Positions 52,929 through 64,000 of a DNA stretch of 64,000 nucleotides are shown one piece after another. The DNA is from Marsupella aquatica (Eukaryota; Plantae; Marchantiophyta). Location: the NCBI GenBank assembly GCA_973895155.1, contig OZ316898.1:12489659-12553658 (forward strand), given 5' to 3'. The first letter of the stretch is position 1, and each line of letters opens with the position of its first letter. Made by a program: the position numbers and the translations under genes. The notes beneath the pieces are model-generated. The model was given only the letters and a program-made list of their open reading frames with translations, did no database searches and was not told the DNA's origin.

Positions 52929-55594
52929 TTGTCCTCCTTTACAAGCTTGTTACCTGACTAGAGTGAATGTTCTTGCTTATGCTTAGGAAAGGCTCTTTGA
53001 CCCAATCTCACATGCCAGTCCCTAATCTTAAGTATCGTCTAAATCTCAAAATTTTCTATAAGCACGCTAGTCCCTACTCATAAACATAGTCAAAATCTCA
53101 AAATTTTCTATTAGTAAACTCTCATGCCAGTCTCAACTACCAAAATTTTGCGTCACCAGAAACATTGTGGCCTATGGTTTCCAAAGAGTAGGTCATGAAT
53201 GGTAAACTTCAAGCACAAAGTATAGTATAGTAAGGGTGCCTTCACACAATGAGGAATTTTGCCTCTCTCTAATAGAGGGGATCAGAATGTGTAGGATAAC
53301 CCTGGCCCTGAGGAGGTACCAGGCCATAATTCTCCATAAGGTTATGTTGGTAGCCCCCAAAGAGGCAATGGATTATTGGGGGTAGGCCCAATTGTATTTT
53401 TGGCCATGTTTTCACTGGGAAAGTTTCACCTGAGTTTCATAACCCTCAAGATGAGCTGGCTACAATTGAAAGCTGTGAGCAAAACTACAACTGAAAGAAA
53501 AAGATAATTATGAGTGACAAGACTCAGCATTGGCTTGTATCTTTTCTGGGACTTCGAGAGTAATCAAGACCCGGGCCTTAGCCTCTTCCTGAACACCTTT
53601 TCCCTCAAAAATCAACTGCATACCATGAATGACTGCATAGGCTCACAATGTGCAGGTCACCAAATCAATTGCATATCATGAATGACCAAAAGTTTCTTTT
53701 GTAGGATGATAGCGATACAATGAGGAAAGGTAGAGTCTCACATTACTCCGTGGTATAGTGGACAATGAAAGGACGAGGGAGATTTATTTGTGTAGAACGG
53801 TATAAGGGACACACCAATCAGAGAGAAGCGTTAGGATATTTTGTTTCCCTCCCCCAAGCAAGACCACACCAAAAGTTGAGAACGATTGTACCTAGACACC
53901 CCAAAAGACTAAGAGGAGAAAGAAAAAGGGTGAAAGACTCTTGTGCTCTTCCTCGTGAGCTTTCCTCTGGTTTAACAAATGTTCTCAGTAGTTTAAGAGA
54001 AAAAATAAAGAGGGTACAAAGGGGAAGAGGCTGGGGAGTCCAGCAGGCATGCCCCACACAGTATGGGGTGGAAAAGTGTTAGATAGCAAAGATGTGCTTT
54101 CCAAAGGATGTTTCAAACGTTCTTTTTCCTCAGATATAACTTTCTCCTTGTTTGTGGTGGGGTGGGGGGGATTTAATTGGAGACACCCCAATCACGTGCA
54201 TGCTTTGGACTTTTTGTGCTACCCTTCAAACCTTAAAAAATAAGTATCTGTAAACCAATCAGGTGATGACATGTGGCATTTTCAACCTTAGTCCATATAA
54301 GTTCTTGTTATGCACAAACAGATTCTCGTTCTTGTTCGTACATGACGGGATGTTTCCACAAAAGTAATTTGTATGCTCTCAGCCCGAATCTGTCCCTACT
54401 CACTCTTCCCATAAAGGTCTTCGAAGTTACAAACATCAATCTTACTATTAATTTGCGAATAGAAGCTAGAGTTGGGGCCTAGGATTCTAGAGTGAAGCCT
54501 CTAGACCGTAACTCTAAAGCCCCACCACCCAACCAAATGTATGTCGATAGAGAGCAAAATAGGATGTACGGTATGTCAAAATCATCATGCATGCTGATTT
54601 TTGTTGTCACTCTATTGTTATTCAAAGAATGGGCATTCAGGCTCGTCCAAGTAACTCTGGAAATAAGAGGCAGAGACTCCTCATAACCAATATTGGCTGA
54701 ATAACAAGAGGAAAAAGAGAGACACACCCAGAGCTATAAGAGAACAAACTCCATCCATTCACATAGTAACTACCAAAATGAGGCAGAGACTCATTACTCA
54801 TTACCATGATCAAATGTTGTTAAGAAAGAACGAGCGAGAAGACTGAGACAGCGTTTGAAAAGAAAACACCCGATCCGAATCATGCGGGAAGCACAACCAA
54901 GAAGCAGAGGCTTTATTGTTAATTTCAAAAGAGGAAAACCACCTTTGAGTAAGCCCCACAACTGGCTTGCAGGCAGGGAAAACCCACAAATTTCTACAAA
55001 CGCCCACAAGCGCCTGTGATGGATATCATGTTTAAGCCGTCCAAGACCGCTTGGAACAGAACCCATGCTATATAAGAGCAAAACCTGGAACAGCACTTTG
55101 GTTGGGGATTGAACTTGAGACCTACTGCCCTGGTTAGAGCCCACAACATCCGCTGAGGCATTAAGTGCTTTACATAACGAGACGAACAACAATTCAGTTT
55201 CTTTGGGCTACCCAAACATTCTGAACTGTTGAGTACTGTAGAGATGGCGAGTTACACCTCACTTTTCTTAACGACAGTCCTTGCATTAACTTTCCCAATC
55301 ATAGTTGGCATGTCATGGGGCCCATATTATGCTGTCTGGGAAAGTATTTATGTCCTAGAATTCATACGTCCTCTGGAGGTTGTATGAAAGAATTTCCCTA
55401 AAGGCAAGGCTGAATTGGAGGGAGTCTTAAAGCAACCATAAATTGTTTGACACAGTTTGGAAGACTTTAACCATTGATTTCATAGAATTATAGGTTTCGA
55501 AAGGCGATTATGGGCACATTTCTCCATTCTGGTCCGAGCATGTGTTCAACAGTTTGCACTTTTTGGCAGTATGAACAAATGCGGAGGGCTATTA

Positions 55595-57629
55595 TCTTCT
55601 ACTATAATAACCAATCCCGCCAGTTTTAGTCCTTCGTCCCGTTACAAAAATGAAAAAGGAGGGAACAAAGCTAAGCCATCAGATATTTTCTTGAATTATT
55701 TATGGCTCTTGGATTGAGTGAAATGGGAACCTAAAATTGGCTATAAGTTATAGTACAAGGTAGGTATGTAAGTTATAGTACAAGGTAGATATAATATATC
55801 ATAGAGTACTTGCATGTGCTACTGTAGTTATTTTGTAGCTTGCTTATAATACTTTTTGACCCTAAACCCTAAACTCTCTCTCTTTCTTGGTTTTTAGGGG
55901 TTCCCTATTGTTCATTTCTTACTTTTAGTTCCTCTTTCTTGGTGTTTAGTGGTTCCCTTTTGCTCACTTCTTTTTCGATTGGTTTTGTCCACTTGGGCCC
56001 TCTTTTGTTTGTTCATTTGTACTCTGTTTGGTCCCTTTGTATATAAAAAGTGTGTATATTTTTATATTGTTATTTTGACATGGAGCATTAAAGTGTAAGT
56101 ATATTATTTTATGGTCTATTAATTTAGAGTACATTTGGCATGGGGCATGAAAGTGAAAAAATTTACTTGAGATAATGGTTTTGGTAGGGAACCAGCACTA
56201 AGGGGAAGAGAGTAGGTTGACATTATATTATTTTGGCTTTTGCTCTTAAAAAAGAGATTTAACTCTTTGGAAATTAGTTAATTTTTAGTTATCTTGCATG
56301 GACCCCAATTTCTATTTTGCACAATGATATCTTTCACTCAACAAAAGTTTTTGTGTAATAATGTATTTTAACAATTTATTTTTTTATTCAACGATTATCT
56401 GTTGCACCACGTACGATCTATTTCTCAACAACATCTTTAACCAAACAACATCTATTATGCAACGCACTGGGATTGAAAGGATATTGAGAGAATAGTCATC
56501 TTTGCTAAACCCTAAAACACTAAATCTGAAACCAATAATATAACGTTGCTCCAATTTATAGTGCTCGCCATTCAAATGCATGGGCATTTTGGGTAAAAAA
56601 ACAAAACAAAGAAAAAGACTCACTCCTTCTTAGTTTCCTTGATTTTTTATTTCATAACATCTTTCACAAAACATAGCTTGGGTGAAATAACACCATTTTT
56701 CTTTTAACATCTTTTACTTCACGATATCTTTGGCAAAATGACACATTTTTCTTAATAACATCTTTCACACAATGGCATGTTTGGTAAAACTACTTTTTCT
56801 TAAGACATCTTTTTACTTTGTGACATCTTTCACTTAACAACATCTTGGGCAACACAACATCTTATTTCTTAACAACATCTTTTACAGTGCAACGCACGGG
56901 TATTTTCCGTGAACGATGTCTTGGCTGACATGACGTTTTTTTCTCAACATCTTTGCCAACATGACAATTTTTTTTCAACGACATGTTGGCCGACACAACG
57001 TCTTTTTTCTCAACGACTTCTTGGCCGACATGACATTTTTTTGTTCAATGATCTCTTGGCCAACACGACATCTTTTTTTCTCAAAGTCTTCTTGATCGAC
57101 ACGACATCTTTTTTTCTCAAAGTCTTCTTGATCGACACGACATCTTTTTTTCTCAATGACCTCTTGGGTGACAAGACATTTTTTTCTCCACGACCTCTTG
57201 GTTGACACTACATATTTTCTTTCAACGACCTCTTGGCCAATACAACATCTTTTTTTCTCAACAACATCTTGACCAACACAACTTCTTTTCTCGCAATGAC
57301 CTCTTGGGCGACACGACATCTTTATTCTCAACGACCTCTTGGGCGACATGACATCGTTTCTCTCAACGACCTCGTGGGCAACACGACATCTTTTCTCTCC
57401 ACAACCTCTTGGGCAACACGACATCTTTTCTCTCCACGACCTCTTGGGCAACACTACATCTTTTTTCTCCACGACCTCTTGGGCAACACGACATCTTTTC
57501 TCTCCACGACCTCTTGGGCAACACTACATCTTTTTTCTCCACGACCTCTTGGCTGACACTATATCATTTTTCTCAATGACATCTTGGCCGACACGACTAC
57601 TTTTGTGCAACGCACAGGTATTGAGCTAG
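55595..57629 (+). mobile_element. Non-autonomous Helitron (~2.0 kb)
   Basis: 5' A|TCTTCTACTATAATAA; 3' hairpin TGTGCAACGCACA followed by CTAG|T. Inserted in an AT dinucleotide with no TSD. Confidence 0.85.
56650..57600. repeat. ~33-34-bp minisatellite inside the Helitron
   Basis: Consensus CTCTTGGGCAACACGACATCTTTTCTCTCCACGAC. Units are more homogeneous toward the 3' end. Confidence 0.92.
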
Positions 57630-58961
57630 TTTGACATAATTGTTGGGCCTTCGGCTATATACAGATTTGGGGACAGATCAGCCTCAGAGCTCTCCCATCT
57701 TTTGGGGCTCTGTGAGGGTCCGCAACGGGTGTGCTGGTGCGGTGTCTACAAGACTACGACCCTGCAGTTGGTATCAAAGTGTGAGAAAGGGGAACAATCA
57801 CACTATGAAAAGCTACAGTACTGACAGCCGCATCCATCCTTCACAACTGCAAAAAGAAATTTACAGTATTGTTGCATAGTGATGATCAGGAATTCAAGAC
57901 GGACAGAAAACATCAAAAGAGATTACGGACCTGAGGGCAAATCAATTTAACCACACCGCAAAATAAGCTGGAGGCAGACAAGCTCTAAAGTCGAAGGTCC
58001 AATAGGTGGGCTACAGTCTACATGATTATACTCTGAACCATGGCAGTACACTACGTCGTTGGCTAACTTGAGGATTGGTAAATTGACATGATCATCAACG
58101 AACAGGCAGCCGTCGAAAAGCCAACCTAACAGAAATCTGAATCTCATTTCGAGCTTGTTCACTCCTTGGTTACTTTCCACCAGGTTAGAAGACAGAGGAG
58201 ACAATATATTTAAGAGAGATGGCAAAACTCATGATCCAAGACTAATAGATACAGGAAAACCCCCAATGAATCAGACTAAAACTATCATAGTTTAGATCCC
58301 GAGACATCAAGAGCTAGAAAGAGAGACGAAAAAAAGGTCTTCAGAAAAAAAAAGCACTTGGCACCAGTTCCAAGATATCAGAAAGTACAGCAAAGACCAG
58401 AACAGATTCAAATTACAGTCCGACCCAAGTCACAGGGCACTGCACATAGAAAGAAACCCTTCCTAAGTCCCGTACCGTAGCGATCCAAACACACAGAGAG
58501 AGTTACGTAACCCAAATCATGAGCGAATGGAATTTCCACATGTCCTGAGCGAATGAGCTTAGGCTTCACAAGTAGTCACCCTTTTCCATGCTAGTCAAGT
58601 GCCTCGAACACCACGGCAGAAGAAGTTTGAAGACGGACTTAGTCACCACTGGTTTCACATGAGATACTTCCCGGAGAGCAAACTCATGGAAACTAATGGA
58701 GATCAAAACGGTAGGGGACAGACAACACTACATCCGAGACGAAAAACATCTTACAAATCCGCTCATCTTCCATTCGAATATGGCAACAGTGCATAATCAA
58801 GGTAGGACAAAATGGTGCCTCCCTCCCGTAGCTGCTTGTCGCTAAAGGTGAAACTGCATTTCAGAGATACCAATTTTTTTTCTCGGGATTACTAAGTACG
58901 CAACTACAATGGACACTTGACCAAACAATTTTACCATTCTAGAATAAATAGGGACACTATT

Positions 58962-61900
58962 TCACTGCATTTGGAGACCATACTGGAGGAAGTAGTCTCT
59001 AAACTCCTCCCAGACAACAACACCATCATGATTAGCGTCCAGTTTTTCATACATGTCGTCTAAAATCACCTGTATGACATGACAAACGGATTCCAGGCTT
59101 AGATAGAACATCATGCAGCCAGATGTTCATGGCTGCAATGGTACCCTAGCAGACATCCATCTACCGGGAGTCATGACATTTACGAGCCTGTATTGAATTG
59201 GCATGTGAAAGCAGACGGTAAATCTAATGACAAACTGACAGATAGAATTGCGAAAAGTTCATTCAACACTATAGTAGCAGGAAGGTTCAATTATTCACTC
59301 ACCTTGGGAACATTACGATGACCCGATTTAATCTCTGTGAGATCCTGCATCATTAGGCACAGTTCATTCCGACTAAGTGTGGAATCGCCATCTGTGTTGT
59401 ACCGGTCCCATATCCTGCAGCAAGAGAAATAATCAAGTTTTCAAAGTGCATTCTTACCCAGCATGTACAGAACCTTAACCTTCTTGGAGGTGTTGATCTA
59501 TTACAGACAGATTGTAAAACCTTCTTCGAAACACAAGGACAATATTTGACAAGAATACCTCCAATCAAGGCATTTATTGAGAACTCATAGACTGCAGTCA
59601 AGAAATATCTGTAAAACTGTTACGCAGTCTTAGTCATCCCTCTACAACCCTCTTGTACTTACGGTGAACAAAAGTTTACGAGTAGAAGTGTGAAAGTCCT
59701 TCCTCACCAAGGACATCCGATGCTCATGCTCTATGATACTGTCCAGTACTTCCAACTCTGCTGGCCCACACCAAAAAGGGAAGTGTCCCTTCGCTGTATG
59801 GATTTTCAAGAAGGAAAGATCTATGTACCTTCTTAGGTCACCTTCTTGCAACCGAACACTTTCCAAATGTACAATAAAGGCCTTTCCAGGTGGAGCCCAA
59901 GGTGCTGACAAGTAGTCAGCTGTCTGCATGTGATTCAAGCGTGACACTGTCCTTGCATATGCAAATTCCTCATCTTTCTCCACATAAGCCGAGGTTGAGC
60001 CCAAACGGTCGACGTCCTTTGGTCCACCCACTGGACCAACTTGTTCTTCCTCGACTCTGAGAAATATAATTCGTGGATGTGAGCCTTGCATTCTGTGGTG
60101 CAGCTTAAACGCTAATGCTCCAATTACTCAAATAAACTTACCGAGGTTGATACAAGAGTCCGGGATCCGCATCCGCACTGACAAGCAGCTTCACTCTCTG
60201 CCAAGACAACTCTCATGGCACATATCACAATAGCATCATTTTTTGAAAACCAGAATATATTCTAACTGACGTGATGTAGCTAAATTGCACGAGAAAGTTC
60301 TGAGGGAACTACGATTAGGGAGAGGAGGTGCAACGAAGGAGGGAAACAAAATTCAGCAAGTAAAACATCTTCTTAGTTGGCAACAAAAATCTCTCCGTAT
60401 CAGTTTGCGTCGCACGGATATACCCTGACCAGTTAAAGCACAGGAACAGCATTACCACTGCATTCAGTTTTCATTCAAGAGACGGTGAGTGGTACCTGCT
60501 CATAAAGAATGTCGACTACAGTTATAAATCTCCGTGCCTGTCCAAAGAGGAGACAATGATTACGATGCCAGTGCCGATTTCACAATGATGTAAGCTTGAT
60601 ATATATTTATGCACACCACACCACACCACACCACACCACTCTAGTATTTTCCTTTCTCAATAGCTTTTACCAGAGTTTATTCGGATAGATAATCTCACCA
60701 ATTCACCATGAGAACGAGTCATCTTTGGGATATCAGAAATGAACAGCGTGTGAAACGATGACGCAATTGCTACATAGTCAGCGGCACCTTTAGGTGTGCC
60801 ACAGAGCTCATCAAATGAGAAAAACGCAATTCCACCAGCGGCTCTTGGCACTGCAAAGCTCACGGGTGATCGTATAAATTACTCGTGATTCGATTGGTAG
60901 AACAAAGGGTGACACGAACAACAATCAAGAGCTAATTCAGTGCATTCCACCTAACACAAAAGTCAAGACCAGTACACAGGAGCTTTAAATTACCACTCTA
61001 TGAAAAGAGAGTATGTACGATAACTGTATCAATCGAGGAGGAAACGAGGGCTCTAACCAAAAATTGTACGTGAGCCTTCCTTAAGGACAGTGGGTCCAAT
61101 TACTCTGTTTCCTGCAAGCTCTGCAAATTGTTTCTCAAGTTTTTGTCGTGTGTCCTTGTTGAGTGGGTGGTGCCATACCGTAGATAACGCACTGCAACAT
61201 ATATGTCGGCATCATATCTCTAGAACACACGCGCAAAAACATTTCTATACCAAGTCAAGCTCACCAGCAGCCTAAGCAATAGACGGAGAAAATGTAAATC
61301 CAAACAGAAGTATACGTTTGGCAATAAAATCCTCGTTGTAACTATTTTCCAGTGCGTGCAAATGGATTTTTTCATTCTGTACTTTGAATACATTACTCTA
61401 TGTTCTTCTTTACAAGTCAATTAGTCTCATTCGTCCAAGTTTATAACAGCATCCCTTAGAACATAAACGTTGACTGTAATAATGCCTGCACTACTAAGAC
61501 AACAAACGTTAGAATTACATTTAGGTTTGTCTCTATTTCTGCCTAGGCCTAGCGTAATACTCATATCTGTTGGAAATTTGTGCGCGCATCTTGTCCACTT
61601 CTGTCCTATCTTGGTCCCCATTTAGCGGTCTGGTAACGAGCAGGCCATTGTCATGCAACAGCAACCTTGCAGGATATTAGATGTTTGTAATATCAAAAGA
61701 TGGCCTTTAGGTTTCAAGACTCTAGTACTTTCAAGCTAATCGGCCACAGTAGGTAATTAGGTGGAGTGATGATCAAACTTTCAGCTTTAATTGCGATAGG
61801 CACAGATCTGCTTTGGACATTTGCGAAGTGTTGAAAGTCATGAATCATTTATAAAATAAATATTTTGGGCATACCCTGTTCCACTTGGACGTGCACCAAT

Positions 61901-63982
61901 AAGACGATAATCTGGAGCATCAGGCCGAAATGCGTGAATATGGCAGCGTTGCTTTATAAGGTCAATGCAAGGTAAAAACAGCTCCCTTTGAAGTCCATTT
62001 TTATAGAGCTGCAAACATACACAACTTTCTGTTAAGTGCGCCCTGAAAAGAAAGCTTGCAACACTAAGTGCCATTTTCGAGAACGGTCATGAATGACTTG
62101 AAACAAAATATTCCACGAGCAGAGTTTGAAATGGATTGGCGGAGAAAGATCGATTGACTAGGTGTCTCATTGGACGAAGAATGATAAGAATATCAACGAT
62201 GTGCGTAATTACTGGCAGAGAGAGATTCCCCTGACATTTCTCATGAGTAGAACTGAAATTCCTGAAGAGAAATCAATGAATGGAAATTGCCTCAGAAGGA
62301 GCACGATTTGATGAGGCAACCATGACAGCTCCTGCCTTAAAAAGGCACTCGAATAGCCTCTTCAATATCATTGCATCAGCTATATCCAGTACCTGTACAA
62401 CTTCGAACACACGTTTAAAAACCAACAGGAGCCGGTGAATAAGACGACATCTGATTGGCTCACCAACATGGCACTACATAGATTACATCCGACTGTTGAC
62501 CATTAGAAATTAGACATCGAAACGGAAATTCGGGTCATCAATTCCTAGAATTTAGCCATCCTTACAAAGTTCAGCATGCACCATACTACTCACCTGGAAT
62601 TCGTCAAAGCATATCAGCCAGCCTGCTTCCAATAAATCTTCAGCAACAATTGCAATCACATCTCCTTTTTGGCCCTTCTCTCCTAACAAAGTGGCACGTT
62701 GGTGCAACCTAAAGCCCGCAAGAAGGCCCACGAGACCACCGTCCCCACCGTTCAAGACAAACCAGTAACAGTGAACGCATGCACTACTGAAAATCTATCG
62801 CTCTTAAGAAATTTCAAAGATTAAAGAGTCCCGTTTCTTTCCTGGAACAACTTCAGTAGTAATATTTTTGGTAAAGCTTTATAAGCGCATTTGTCAAGTC
62901 AAAGGTAAGGCTTCCAATACATTAGAGCCAGCAAGGGCGTGAAATGATTGCACACTAAAAGAATTTGTCAAGTCAAAGGTAAGGCTTCCAATACATTAGA
63001 GCCAGCAAGGGCGTGAAATGATTGCACACTAAAAGAATTTGTCAATCCTGGAATTTCAGACCTCTCAGCGGTGTATGTAAGAAAAATCTCTTCAGCAGAA
63101 ATGATTATAGACGATCGACAACAGTTAGATACACATTCGGAGTAAATTCGTAAAGAATTTTCTGGTTCAAAACAGAAAAATGAAGGAGTATGAAATAGAG
63201 ATTGGAACTTTCCAAACCGTTTGCACGTATCAAAGGCAAAATGATAGTTCAAGTCAGCTCGACAACGATGACAAACCCCAGACGAAAGTTCAGATATGAG
63301 CGGTTTGACGAAAACATGAATGTGTCGAGGGTACTGCCCACCTTTTGTGTACATCGAGCATAAATTGATGGAAATGTACCCGTCGTTTACTTTTGACAGG
63401 ACTACAGTGGAAAAAAATGTCCGCCACCAGCGATTTTCCTGATCCAACCCCTCCATAGATATAAACCCTGCACAGTACTCGGAAACAAAGTAACACAGTA
63501 TCATTTCAGGTACTGTAGATGAATTTCAACCTCCTACACAGGATCGGTCACCTGCATACATCTCAATCACTAGATTTCATGTAGAGGGCGTTTCAAGTAG
63601 TACTTTCTGAGAAACGCCCAACACTTGGATCTCTCTTAACCAAGCCGGAAAGGGCGAAATTCATATACATTACATTCACTGTTGATGGAATGGAGTTGCG
63701 GTGGGTGGCAAAACCGTACATGGCGGCACGGCATAGAATGCATCATACCCTCTGGGAGTCTCTTTTTGTCGTATGAGACTAGAAAACAACTTGGAGGTGA
63801 ATCCAGGAGGTGAAGGAGTGTAATTTTCAAGCTCTTGGTGCAGCCTCTCCAATGGTTGCAGAGCTGCAATCTGGTTCGGATCCTGTTTTATGGAGCCCGC
63901 TCTCACAAGCTCGTTGTACGCATCCACCGGCAGCGTCCCCACAGGAATCTGTTCCAAATTCGTCCCTCCGCCATGAAAATAC
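58962..63982 (-). CDS. AFG1/LACE1/ZapE-family ATPase with C-terminal EF-hand pair (5' end outside window); exons ~63982-63749, 63467-63342, 62708-62594, 62392-62291, 62008-61875, 61191-61058, 60850-60699, 60537-60496, 60197-60142, 60056-59829, 59414-59303, 59069-58962
   Basis: Walker [23 protein letters not shown], Walker [32 protein letters not shown]...[18 protein letters not shown] and [12 protein letters not shown]. All exon phases are consistent. Confidence 0.93.
62889..63045. repeat. ~74-bp tandem duplication in an intron of the ATPase gene
   Basis: ATTTGTCAAGTCAAAGGTAAGG...CACACTAAAAGA occurs twice. Confidence 0.93.
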
Positions 63983-64000
63983 CTGCTTCGAAGGAGGAGG

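Noticed and set aside
56909-57629. Repetitive ORFs on both strands
   Set aside because: Translations of the 34-bp minisatellite.

Overview
Eukaryotic, intron-rich land-plant DNA; a non-seed plant such as a bryophyte is plausible, but the species cannot be determined here. The first ~16.2 kb looks like one arm of a giant mobile element, with a candidate Helitron-type 5' end at 16158 on the minus strand. It carries two tandem arrays, two F-box-like remnants and an 8-exon pseudogenised gene of ~2510 codons. That gene joins a ParB/Srx-like domain, a degenerate amino-DNA-methyltransferase-like region, an acidic/coiled-coil linker, a Ulp1 (C48) SUMO protease and three FCP1/NIF HAD-like domains. A 16-bp palindrome, ACGCG-N6-CGCGT, is densely repeated in both arrays and recurs in five of the gene's seven introns and on both flanks. 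This cis-motif plus protein pairing is the best candidate for an undescribed system. The rest of the window holds non-LTR retrotransposon debris, a myo-inositol kinase gene, a very young Ty1/copia element, an intact GDP-mannose pyrophosphorylase (VTC1/CYT1) gene, a non-autonomous Helitron, and the 3' part of an AFG1/ZapE-family ATPase gene that unusually ends in an EF-hand pair. All domain calls are by-eye motif recognition; no database searches were run.
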